This document shows positions 48,964-57,858 of a stretch of DNA of 64,000 nt, one piece after another. The translations under genes and the position numbers were made by a program. This stretch comes from a virus (lineage: Duplodnaviria > Heunggongvirae > Uroviricota > Caudoviricetes). Position 1 is the first letter of the stretch; each line of letters opens with the position of its first letter. The notes under the pieces are model-generated. The model saw only the letters and a list, made by a program, of their open reading frames with translations, searched no databases and was not told where the DNA came from. The DNA is taken from positions 82,137 through 146,136 of the IMG/VR virus record IMGVR_UViG_3300028602_000005, one strand, 5' to 3'.

Positions 48964-49590
48964 TTAAAAATCTTTAGCTTTTATCTTTCCAATTACTCTT
49001 TCTCCCTTTTTATTAAAGAGAGGAACTAAAGGTCTTAAAACAAAACCTTCAATTGGAAAATCACCTAGATGAGATCTTAAATCTCTTTGAACTTTTTCAA
49101 CAGCAGTCATTAAATTCATTTCTCCAAAATTTAGGACTCTTTCTAAATTAAGATTTATTGCGACATCCGTAACCATATCTTTGTCTAACCACCACCCATC
49201 AACCCAAACATCAAAAACAATAAATTGAAATTTATTTTCTGAACCTAAAGTATATAATTCACTACCTTTCGTTATTCTTGGACCAACTCCTTCCCCATAT
49301 ATACAAGCTTCTTTTGATCCAAAAATACTCTCCATAATTTTTTTATCTTCAAATTTATCCATAAGGAAATCAAGAAGTTCTGTCGAAATATCAGCATTAT
49401 CTTCTTTTCCTCCAAATCTAATTTTACCATTGGTCCATTTTACTCTAATGTTTGTTCCATTAATCTTTTCATCTGCTGTCCATATATTATCTTTGAGATA
49501 GTCAAACATTGAATGTGACCATTTTCCAACAATAACTTTTCTATTTTTATCTCTTTCAAAAAGAGTTAGAATTTTTTGATAATGTTTCAC
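48964..49590 (-). CDS. RNA ligase (Rnl2-like adenylyltransferase domain)
   Basis: EKINGTNIR (motif I), IYGEG.G, FIVFDV, EGFVLRP, KIK. Confidence 0.8.
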   Translation of the reverse strand: MKHYQKILTLFERDKNRKVIVGKWSHSMFDYLKDNIWTADEKINGTNIRVKWTNGKIRFGGKEDNADISTELLDFLMDKFEDKKIMESIFGSKEACIYGEGVGPRITKGSELYTLGSENKFQFIVFDVWVDGWWLDKDMVTDVAINLNLERVLNFGEMNLMTAVEKVQRDLRSHLGDFPIEGFVLRPLVPLFNKKGERVIGKIKAKDF

Positions 49591-49612
49591 TATATAATCC
49601 TTTCTATATTTT

Positions 49613-49990
49613 TTAAAAAGAAATCGTTTCTACTCTCGGTAAATTATTAAAATTTCCTTCAATTATCTTTTCTAGATTTTCTTTTGCTTTTTGAATTTTT
49701 TTTAAAACATTATTAATATGATCAAAACTATAGTATTCTTTAAGATAAATATGATATAAATTAGTCATATTTTTTAATACAATTCTGGTGTTTGGTTGTA
49801 TATCAAATCCCCAATCACTTAATACATGGGCAGAAACTACAGAAAAATCAGAATTTAAATATTCATTTAATACTTTTTTTCCATAAAGACATTCTATCTC
49901 TTTTACATTCATTATTCCTTTTTCTTCAATAATACACGCACCCTTTTCAATATCATAAATTACTTTTAATTCAAATTTTATTTTTTCCAT
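49613..49990 (-). CDS. Hypothetical protein
   Basis: ORF track. Confidence 0.5.
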   Translation of the reverse strand: MEKIKFELKVIYDIEKGACIIEEKGIMNVKEIECLYGKKVLNEYLNSDFSVVSAHVLSDWGFDIQPNTRIVLKNMTNLYHIYLKEYYSFDHINNVLKKIQKAKENLEKIIEGNFNNLPRVETISF

Positions 49991-50008
49991 TTTTATTTTA
50001 TCCTCCTT

Positions 50009-50395
50009 TTAGTTACATGGAACTAATAAAACTTTATCGGGAAAAGTTATTATTCTAATTTGTTCCCTTTTAAAGTTTCCAATTATAATTGGGGATGAAC
50101 ATATTAAAAGAACTTCTTTAAATTTTTCTACGTCAGGATTAAGGTTTAAATATGAAATAAAATAATATTGCTCTTGAATAGACATCCATCTTTCAGGAAA
50201 AACAAACAATGGCACATCAGTTCCAAGAGGTTCTTTTTTAAAAACTTTTTCAATATATGGAAATCCCATATCTCGTATAATATCAAATTCTTCATCTCTT
50301 GGTGGTAGATTTTTAATAAGAGCAACCTTAATTTTGAAATTCAAATAATTACATTCTTTTGCTTCAAAATCAAAATATTTTTTCAAATAATTCAC
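50009..50395 (-). CDS. Hypothetical protein
   Basis: ORF track. Confidence 0.5.
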   Translation of the reverse strand: MNYLKKYFDFEAKECNYLNFKIKVALIKNLPPRDEEFDIIRDMGFPYIEKVFKKEPLGTDVPLFVFPERWMSIQEQYYFISYLNLNPDVEKFKEVLLICSSPIIIGNFKREQIRIITFPDKVLLVPCN

Positions 50396-50405
50396 TATAA
50401 AAAAT

Positions 50406-50897
50406 TTACTCCATTTCTATTTTTTCTGAAAACTTAAATTCTCTACACATTCCTATTAGCGTATAAACTTCACTAATACAAGAAACTGTTTCATAACTAA
50501 TTAAACCTTTTTTATATTCAATTTTATATAAAAATAAAATGTTTTTTGTATTTGGAAATTCTTTTAACCAAGAATCATAAAAGTTTTTTGCTTCTTCAAG
50601 TTTTAAAAAGAAACTAAAACCATGATTTTTAGAAGATCCTTTAATGTTCCAAATAACCCAATCATTTTCTATATTTTCATATTTTAAATTTTCCCATTTT
50701 TCATACTTATTAGATCTTATAATGGGAATAAACATATTATCAACTTTTTGTATTACTTTATATCCAATTCCTTTTTCAGGAATATTTTTAAAATTTCTAT
50801 CTGACCAATTTTTATATTCTTTAAAATCCCCTCTTTTCATTAAAGTTTCTAAATCTTTTTCTGTTGGAAGTTTAATGTTATTATCTCTTATTGACAC
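50406..50897 (-). CDS. Hypothetical protein (weakly like 63496)
   Basis: GYKV..HGFSFF..EEAKN resembles YKV..GIFVF..ENAKN in 63496. Confidence 0.5.
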   Translation of the reverse strand: MSIRDNNIKLPTEKDLETLMKRGDFKEYKNWSDRNFKNIPEKGIGYKVIQKVDNMFIPIIRSNKYEKWENLKYENIENDWVIWNIKGSSKNHGFSFFLKLEEAKNFYDSWLKEFPNTKNILFLYKIEYKKGLISYETVSCISEVYTLIGMCREFKFSEKIEME

Positions 50898-50936
50898 CTT
50901 TGTTAATACTCCTTAAAAATTAATTTTAATTTAAAA

Positions 50937-50975
50937 AAATACAACTAAGCTTATATATTAAACTTAGTTGTATTT
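50937..50975. terminator. Hairpin abutting the IS right end
   Basis: AAATACAACTAAG..CTTAGTTGTATTT. Confidence 0.7.
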
Positions 50976-50993
50976 CAGTGAATTACTGAGGTT

Positions 50994-52085
50994 CTAAAGA
51001 ACCACAGCTTCGGACGTTTTATTTTTAGAGTTTAGTCCACGATCTCCACTAGTAACCGAATTCTTTTGTGAAAACAAAAGAATGTTTTTTGCTCCGTTCA
51101 AATCTGCATTTTGTCTTGAGTTACAACTGTTACATACTAGTAAGCTTTGTTTTGGTCTATTTGTATTTGTACTTCCACAAATAGAACAAGTTCTACTAGT
51201 ATATGCAGGATTGATTTTCTTAACTAAAATGCCCTTATTTGAACATGAATTTTCTAGAAAATTTGAGAACATCGAATACGGAAAACAACTATTCATTAAA
51301 TAGTTTAAATTTTTCCCTTTTGATGTTCCATTTTTTCTAGAAAAGGATTTTCTAATATTTTTCAAATCTTCTATTACCAAGTAACCTACTTGATGTGAAA
51401 ATAGATAATTTGAGATATCAGAAGCTAACTTTCTAATGTAACCATTTGACCAGTTTTGGATAAAAATTTGTTTTTTATATTTTCGATAATTTAACTTTTT
51501 ATGGATGTAAAGTTTTAAATTAAATTTTTTACCATCAGACAAATAAATGTTTTTCAAATTTATATCAAGTGCTAATGTTTTTGAGAAATTATTTTTAATA
51601 TCCTCAACTTCACAATTAAAAAATACTTTAAAATATTTTCCATTATTTTTTGGAATTAACTCAATTCTCTTAATTTTCTTAGAAGTTTTTAATTTCTCAA
51701 TAATTCGTTTTCCTTTCAAAGGAAAATTAATTCTGAAAAAACGCAAAAAACAATTAAAATATTTATCTTCAAATTTTAAATTAAAAGATTGATAATCTAA
51801 AATTATTGGAACTTCAATTTTCTTTGTATTCTTTAAACGTTTTGATTTAACTGATGATAAAACTTTATCTCTAATTTGTTGAAACAATTTGGTATTCATA
51901 TCAGGATATTTTTGTTTTAGAAGAAAATAAGTATTTTTATGAACTTCTGATTTTCTATATTCTTTATTTATTTTGATATAATTAAGAATAAAATCGGAAA
52001 CTTCCTGACAATCGAAATAAATAGAATTTAAAAATTCAATTTTTCCTTTATTTCCAACTAAATTAAGAGAAAAAGTTTTAATCAT
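50994..52085 (-). CDS. tnpB: RNA-guided endonuclease TnpB
   Basis: RuvC LALDINL / VIEDL / NADLNGAKNI and zinc ribbon TSRTCSICG..CNSC. Confidence 0.92.
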   Translation of the reverse strand: MIKTFSLNLVGNKGKIEFLNSIYFDCQEVSDFILNYIKINKEYRKSEVHKNTYFLLKQKYPDMNTKLFQQIRDKVLSSVKSKRLKNTKKIEVPIILDYQSFNLKFEDKYFNCFLRFFRINFPLKGKRIIEKLKTSKKIKRIELIPKNNGKYFKVFFNCEVEDIKNNFSKTLALDINLKNIYLSDGKKFNLKLYIHKKLNYRKYKKQIFIQNWSNGYIRKLASDISNYLFSHQVGYLVIEDLKNIRKSFSRKNGTSKGKNLNYLMNSCFPYSMFSNFLENSCSNKGILVKKINPAYTSRTCSICGSTNTNRPKQSLLVCNSCNSRQNADLNGAKNILLFSQKNSVTSGDRGLNSKNKTSEAVVL

Positions 52086-52468
52086 TTTATTTCATCTTCC
52101 TGCTTTCTTATGTAATCTAAAATTTTGTCTTGAGATACATTACCAACAGTTGAAACAAAATAACCAGAAGACCAAAAACCTGAATTCCAATAATATTGGT
52201 TTCTAATTAATGGAAAAGTTTTAAAAATATTATAAGATGAAATAACTTTTAAATTTCTTATAACTGAAGAAACAGAATAAGTTGGTTCTAATTCTAAACA
52301 AATATGAATATGTTCTGGTTCTATATCAAAACCAAGAATTTTGTAATTATACTTAGAACAAATAGTTATAATTTGTTTATTTAGAAAAGTTTTTAAATCA
52401 TTTTGTAAAATTCTTCTTCTATATTTAGTACAGAATACAATATGGTATTTTAATTCTGATTTATACAT
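52082..52468 (-). CDS. tnpA: Y1 (HUH) transposase TnpA
   Basis: YHIVFCTKYRR, PEHIH, FWSSGYFVSTVG, YI..Q. Confidence 0.95.
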   Translation of the reverse strand: MYKSELKYHIVFCTKYRRRILQNDLKTFLNKQIITICSKYNYKILGFDIEPEHIHICLELEPTYSVSSVIRNLKVISSYNIFKTFPLIRNQYYWNSGFWSSGYFVSTVGNVSQDKILDYIRKQEDEIK

Positions 52469-52632
52469 TGAAAATACTCCTTGTTAATAACTTCAATGAT
52501 TAAATCTTGAATTGTAAATTTTTTATTTTCCTCAATCATTCTCATTGCTGCTATTTTTTCAAGTTCTTTTATTTGATCAATTGTTAACTTTAGAAAAACT
52601 TGTTTTGAACTCATATGATGGTATCCTTTCAT
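52450..52632 (-). CDS. Small ribbon-helix-helix-like accessory protein
   Basis: VFLKLT.DQ..EL..IA....TIQDLI.E.I. Likely start MSSKQ. Confidence 0.5.
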   Translation of the reverse strand: MKGYHHMSSKQVFLKLTIDQIKELEKIAAMRMIEENKKFTIQDLIIEVINKEYFQCINQN

Positions 52633-52641
52633 ATTTTTATA

Positions 52642-52652
52642 TTTGTTCTAAG
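52642..52652 (-). promoter_or_regulatory. CTTAGAACAAA motif inside the IS left end
   Basis: Reverse complement tttgttctaag, upstream of the RBS of 52450..52632. Confidence 0.5.
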
Positions 52653-52770
52653 CAAATCAGAAGATCGGTTCAAATTCATCTAAGGGTCTAAAGACCACTT
52701 AGTTTTCTTTGACCGAATTATATAAAACAAAATACCATAAATATAATTACTAATAATTTCTTCTTTCATT

Positions 52771-53096
52771 TTATTTCCTTTTAAAAAATACTTGTAAAAT
52801 AATAAAATAAAAAATCAAAAATATTGCAGTTATAACTCCAAATGAACTTCCAATAGTTATTGAGCCTAAAATACAACAGAAAATAAATCCAAAAAATCCT
52901 ATTTCTATAGTTGGGTTAAATATATGAATTATAAAAACTCCGACATTGTATGTTATTGAAATAAAGCCTATGAATATTAACGAAAATAAAAGTAAAACAC
53001 ATGACCAAAATATGTTAGTTATTTTTTTTCGTTTAGTTCTGAAATAAAATTATTGATCTTATTAAATATTTTGCTTTTTAAATCATTGAAAATCAT
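52771..53096 (-). pseudogene. Multi-TM membrane protein frameshifted at a T8 run (53022-53029)
   Basis: AGGAG and ATG at 53096. Adding one A joins it to a long hydrophobic frame ending at 52771. Confidence 0.55.
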
Positions 53097-53147
53097 TTAA
53101 ATTTTCTCCTAAAAATTTATTTTAATAATAAAAATCATTTCAATTAT

Positions 53148-53158
53148 TAATATATATA
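53148..53158 (-). promoter_or_regulatory. TATATATATTA motif
   Basis: Upstream of 53096, divergent from 53205. Confidence 0.55.
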
Positions 53159-53204
53159 AAATTTAAATATAAACATAAAATAAAAATGATCAAAAAAATA
53201 AAAA

Positions 53205-53216
53205 CTGAGAACAAAA
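53205..53216 (+). promoter_or_regulatory. CTGAGAACAAAA motif variant
   Basis: 11 of 12 bases match, upstream of 53244. Confidence 0.5.
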
Positions 53217-53243
53217 TAATATATTTTAATTTGGAGGTTCATA

Positions 53244-53432
53244 TTGAAAAAACTTATTTTTTACATATTGAGGTGGCAATTGTCATCTCCAATTTTAGCA
53301 GTTGTCATCTATTTTATGTCTAATTTTAATCAAATAACATCAGTAATTGTGGCTAATTTCATAGGAGCATTAATATTTTTTCAAGTTGATAAATTAATTT
53401 TTAATAAAAACTTAGAACAAAATAATAAATAA
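53244..53432 (+). CDS. Small 2-TM GtrA-like protein
   Basis: YILRWQLSSPIL..ANFIGALIFF.VD..IF. TTG start after GGAGG. Confidence 0.6.
   Translation: MKKLIFYILRWQLSSPILAVVIYFMSNFNQITSVIVANFIGALIFFQVDKLIFNKNLEQNNK
53411..53422 (+). promoter_or_regulatory. CTTAGAACAAAA motif
   Basis: Exact 12-mer upstream of 53460, overlapping the end of the previous gene. Confidence 0.6.
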
Positions 53433-53459
53433 AAAATAAAAAAGGAATATTGCAACATT

Positions 53460-54470
53460 ATGAATTTTTCCGATACTCAAATTGTAAGTACCCTTCCTGT
53501 TTTTGATTCATCTCTTCATTTGAATTCAAGAGTTTTTGCATTAGATGATGGAATTTTTTATTTCGGTGGATCAAGAATGTGGGTTCCTTTAAATGGAATT
53601 GTATTAGAATTAAATGCTGGTGAAAATATTTCAAAGGGTCAGCCTGTCTATTTGAGTGCTCTTAATACAGTAATGAAAGCTAGTTCTAGTTCTGAATCAA
53701 CATCAAATGTAATAGGAGTTGCGGCTGAAACAAGGACAACAGGACAATCAATCACAATATTTGGAGATGGGTGTGTCTTAAAAACTGCTTTAATTGGGGC
53801 AACATATGGAACAAGATATTATTTATCAGAAACAGCGGGAGTATTTGTAACAACATTAACTACAGAAAATCAAAGAGTTCAAGTTGGTTTTTCAATAAAC
53901 GCAACAGATTTTAAAGTTTCAATTGAATATAATACTGAAACAAATGTTACATCTGGGACTATTGCTTTTTGGCCAGATGAAACTCCTCCTGATGGGTGGC
54001 TTGAATGTGACGGTTCAGCATTATATAGCGGAGAATATTTATCTTTATATAATGCTATTGGGGATTTATATGGAAATGGAATAGATAATAGATCAGTTGG
54101 ATCAGAAGGAAATGAAGATTTTAATATCCCTGACTATAGAGGATTACTTTTAAGAGGTGTTGATGGTGGAGCAGGAGTAGATGAAAATGCTGAATTTGAT
54201 AGATTTGGAACTGTTGGAAATTCTGAAACTTTTATGACAGGAAGTTCTATTGATGATGGTGATAATTTAGGGACATATCAAGCAGCAGAAATGAAAGATC
54301 ATTATCATAAAGGATCTTTTATTTGGAATGAATATCCTGGAGCAACACATAACTCTTCAAGCGGTATACGTCTTGTTTTTTTACCCCATTATAATTATTC
54401 AACTTCAAATAGAAATTATAGTATTGATAATGCGAGAAATATTTCTTTAATGATTATTATAAAAATATAA
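53460..54470 (+). CDS. Phage tail-collar domain protein 1
   Basis: GTIAFW....PDGWLECDG..Y..LY.AIG..YG..FNIPDYRG. Confidence 0.88.
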   Translation: MNFSDTQIVSTLPVFDSSLHLNSRVFALDDGIFYFGGSRMWVPLNGIVLELNAGENISKGQPVYLSALNTVMKASSSSESTSNVIGVAAETRTTGQSITIFGDGCVLKTALIGATYGTRYYLSETAGVFVTTLTTENQRVQVGFSINATDFKVSIEYNTETNVTSGTIAFWPDETPPDGWLECDGSALYSGEYLSLYNAIGDLYGNGIDNRSVGSEGNEDFNIPDYRGLLLRGVDGGAGVDENAEFDRFGTVGNSETFMTGSSIDDGDNLGTYQAAEMKDHYHKGSFIWNEYPGATHNSSSGIRLVFLPHYNYSTSNRNYSIDNARNISLMIIIKI

Positions 54471-54490
54471 GGATTGAATTGGAGATTTAA

Positions 54491-55906
54491 ATGATAGAAA
54501 TTGTTACAACATTACCTACATTCGATTCTTCTTTACACAAAAATAGAATCTTATATCCCACAGATGAAAAAATTAATTATTATGGACATACAGAATACAA
54601 TGTATGGATTCCATTAAGTGGAAAAACATATAATTTATACACATCAGATGAAATAACCACAAATAAAGTCGTTTATATTGATGATGATGGATTTTTATAT
54701 ATAAGTGATAATTCAGATTCTGATACTTTAAATGTAATAGGAATTACGGTTACTTTAGGATCATATGGTTCAAAGGTTTTAGTTTTTGGAGAAGGGTGTA
54801 TTTTAAAAAATATTTTAGTTGGGGCAACAGTTGGTTCATCATATTATTTGGGAACAAATGGGGTATTAACATCATCAATGCCTTTAGAAAATGTTGTCAA
54901 AATTGGAACTGCGATAAATTCTACAGATTTAAAAATAGAAATTCAGACTCCTTCATTATCTTCATCTGTCCCTACAGGAACAATAATTCCGTGGGCATCA
55001 GATACAATTCCTGATGGGTGGTTAGAATGTAATGGTGCTGCCGTTTCAAGTTCAGATTTTCGAAATCTTCATTCTTTTTTATCAGATAAATATGGAAATG
55101 GATCTTCAAATGAACAATATTGGGATAGAAATGATTGTGTTTCATATAATGGGTGTGATTGTGATGTAGAATGTTATGTTGACTCATGTTCTTGTGATAC
55201 CGCTTGTGACTCTTATGAGGGAATTGTTAACACTATTACTCCTATATGTACTACGTGTTATCCAGCAGGTTTTACTGGATGTTTTGCTTGTAATAGTATT
55301 AAAGATATTGGAATAGACGCATGTACTCAATATATGGCGGTTACTGATGCTGATTGTGAAGAATGTTATAATGTTTGTTATCCTGACGTTTGTACTTGTG
55401 AAGGAAATTGTTATACAGACACATGTTCACAATGTTTTTCACAATGTCATCCAGATAACTGTTCCGTTTATACTACTGATCCTGATTATGGAACAGAAGA
55501 TTTTAATGTCCCAGATTTAAGAGGATATTTTATCAGAGGATGGAATAATGGTAAAACTCTTTATAATGGGGTTATTCACTATAGAGGTGGAGATCCATCA
55601 CTCCCAAATGATATAGTCCAATATAGAGATCCAGACTGTTTGACTAGATCAGCGTATAATGTCACCGGATCAAATATTTCAAGTGGTGATAATATAGGGA
55701 CAATTCAAGATTCTGAATTTTCTTCTCATTCTCATGTATATACACAGCATTGTGGTGGAGCAAGCACAATTCCAGGTTATCCTCAAACTTATGACGGAAA
55801 TGTTTATCCTTATGCAAATGCGACTTATAAAGAAACAAATCAACTTTCAAGTATAAATGAAACTAGACCATCTAATATATCTGTTCGTTTTATTATAAAA
55901 ACATAA
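54491..55906 (+). CDS. Phage tail-collar domain protein 2 with inserted Cys-rich repeat
   Basis: PTGTIIPW..PDGWLECNG..KYG, then 22 Cys, then FNVPDLRGYFIRG..ETRPSNI. Confidence 0.88.
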   Translation: MIEIVTTLPTFDSSLHKNRILYPTDEKINYYGHTEYNVWIPLSGKTYNLYTSDEITTNKVVYIDDDGFLYISDNSDSDTLNVIGITVTLGSYGSKVLVFGEGCILKNILVGATVGSSYYLGTNGVLTSSMPLENVVKIGTAINSTDLKIEIQTPSLSSSVPTGTIIPWASDTIPDGWLECNGAAVSSSDFRNLHSFLSDKYGNGSSNEQYWDRNDCVSYNGCDCDVECYVDSCSCDTACDSYEGIVNTITPICTTCYPAGFTGCFACNSIKDIGIDACTQYMAVTDADCEECYNVCYPDVCTCEGNCYTDTCSQCFSQCHPDNCSVYTTDPDYGTEDFNVPDLRGYFIRGWNNGKTLYNGVIHYRGGDPSLPNDIVQYRDPDCLTRSAYNVTGSNISSGDNIGTIQDSEFSSHSHVYTQHCGGASTIPGYPQTYDGNVYPYANATYKETNQLSSINETRPSNISVRFIIKT

Positions 55907-55922
55907 AAAAGGAAAATTATAA

Positions 55923-57101
55923 ATGATAGATTTTTCAACGAAAATTTATGACGATTTACCAGTATTTAATTCGTCAACTGATAAAAATAGAGAAATATTT
56001 GTTAAAAATGAATCTACATTTTACATCGGTTGTTTTGATGATGATTTATGGATTCCTAGAGGGTTAAATGTTTTAAAATTACAAGCAGGTGAGAGTATTA
56101 CAATCGGAAATGTAGTTTATTTAACTGGAAATAATACTGTTTCAAAAGCTGATGCTGATTTATCAAATTGTAATCCAATTGGAATCGCTATGACTTCAGC
56201 GACAATAGGAAATTCAGTTTACGTTTTTGGAAATAAATGTATTGCTTATGATGTTTTAGTTGGAGCAACTCCAGGTCAGATTTATTATTTATCTCAGACA
56301 TCTGGAGCATTAACAACAACAAATCTTATAGGAACTGCCAATGTAATACAAATAGGGATTGCAAAAAATTCAACAGATTTAATAATCAATATTAAAACAG
56401 ACACAATGACTGGAATAAAATCAGGAACAATTGTAATGTGGCCAGATGAAAATATTCCTAATGGTTGGCTTGAATGTGATGGATCTGATTTAGACAGTTC
56501 TGAATATCAGGCTCTTTATGCAATTTTAGGAACAAAATTTGGAAGTGGAGATGGTGGAGATAATGATTTTAATCTTCCAGATTTGAGAGGTGTTTTTATA
56601 AAAGGTTGGGATAATGGAAAAGGAAGAGATTTATATGCAAGTGAAGTCACTTTAAATGGAACATTTACAAATGGATCAAATATAATAACAAATGTTTCTG
56701 GGGGTGTTTTATCAGATGTTTTGATAGGGTCATATATTAATGAGAATAGTTGTGTTGTCGATTTCGCAATAATTACTGGTGTTAGTGGAAATACAATAAC
56801 TTTAAATACTAACGCTATATTTACAAGCACAAGAAACTTCGGTGTTTCAAATAGATATGATAGAGGAGATGGAACATTTGGAGATCATGTCGGAACTTAT
56901 CAACACGATGGATTTTCAGAACATCTTCATTCATATAATGACAGTACATTCCAAATAAGTTCTAATATTTCTGTAGGTTATTGGTATATACATGGGGAAG
57001 GAACTTCAGCAAGTTCATATACTTTTGACAGTGATACTGATCCTGGTGGAAAAGAAAACAGACCTAAAAACATATCAATGATGTATATAATAAAAATATA
57101 A
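55923..57101 (+). CDS. Phage tail-collar domain protein 3
   Basis: GTIVMW..PNGWLECDG..FNLPDLRG.FI.G..ENRPKNI. Confidence 0.88.
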   Translation: MIDFSTKIYDDLPVFNSSTDKNREIFVKNESTFYIGCFDDDLWIPRGLNVLKLQAGESITIGNVVYLTGNNTVSKADADLSNCNPIGIAMTSATIGNSVYVFGNKCIAYDVLVGATPGQIYYLSQTSGALTTTNLIGTANVIQIGIAKNSTDLIINIKTDTMTGIKSGTIVMWPDENIPNGWLECDGSDLDSSEYQALYAILGTKFGSGDGGDNDFNLPDLRGVFIKGWDNGKGRDLYASEVTLNGTFTNGSNIITNVSGGVLSDVLIGSYINENSCVVDFAIITGVSGNTITLNTNAIFTSTRNFGVSNRYDRGDGTFGDHVGTYQHDGFSEHLHSYNDSTFQISSNISVGYWYIHGEGTSASSYTFDSDTDPGGKENRPKNISMMYIIKI

Positions 57102-57120
57102 GAAAGGAGTTTTAAAATAA

Positions 57121-57708
57121 ATGAAAGTTTATTGTTATAGTAAAGAAACAAAAGAATTCTTAGGAGAGAAAGAAGCAAATATTAATCCTTTAAAATCAAA
57201 AAGAGTGGGAAAACCTTCTTATTTTATTCCCCCAAATTCAACAACAATAGATCCTCCAAAACTTAAAGAAAATCAAATTGCTATTTTTAATATGGAAAAA
57301 AGAGAATGGGAAGTAAAAGATGATTATAGAGGATATATTTATTATACATTTGAAGGGGAACAAAATGTTATAACTAAAATTGGAGAAATTCCTGATAAAA
57401 AATATCCTACATTTCTACCACCACCTCAAACAATGATAAAACCTTATTGGAATTTGGAGAAAAAAGAGTGGGATGAAATGGCATTAAAATTTAGAGGTAT
57501 TCCAGTTTTGAGTAGAGATAGTGTAAATAGCGTAATAGATCAACTAATTTCGAATTTAAATGAGAAACAGATTCTTTCTGAAAAATTAATTGCAAACGAT
57601 AAAGGTGAATCTTATCCTCCTTGGGATGAATTTGTTCAAAAAAGAAATGAAATTTTAACTGAAGGTAGAGCTTTTAAAGATACTTACTTTCCATTATCAG
57701 AAGAATAA
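57121..57708 (+). CDS. Tail fibre assembly (Tfa-like) protein
   Basis: VYCYS.ET.EFLG..P...IP.NST..PP..W....DYRG. Confidence 0.7.
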   Translation: MKVYCYSKETKEFLGEKEANINPLKSKRVGKPSYFIPPNSTTIDPPKLKENQIAIFNMEKREWEVKDDYRGYIYYTFEGEQNVITKIGEIPDKKYPTFLPPPQTMIKPYWNLEKKEWDEMALKFRGIPVLSRDSVNSVIDQLISNLNEKQILSEKLIANDKGESYPPWDEFVQKRNEILTEGRAFKDTYFPLSEE

Positions 57709-57858
57709 TAAAAAAATTTAAAATAAGAAAAATCATAATTTTTTTTGTAATAATTTTAAATAGTTACAATAGTAAAAATTATAAAAAATGACAATACTGT
57801 ATATTATATAAGGTAAATTTTAAAGTATTGATTTTATTATATAAAAAAGGAAAAATAA

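Larger units (their letters stand above)
50978..52720 (-). mobile_element. IS200/IS605-family element (accessory gene + tnpA + tnpB)
   Basis: Co-oriented tnpA and tnpB. Related subterminal hairpins at 50986-51007 and 52680-52702. Right end TCAC at 50978-50981 (- strand). Left boundary approximate. Confidence 0.85.

Noticed and set aside
52352-52363. Extra CTTAGAACAAAT on the + strand
   Set aside because: It lies inside tnpA, antisense, with no downstream gene, so it is probably chance. An antisense regulator is not excluded.
52683-52769. 29-codon ORF running into the IS left end, possibly an interrupted gene
   Set aside because: No convincing continuation beyond the right end. Cannot be supported without the empty-site allele.
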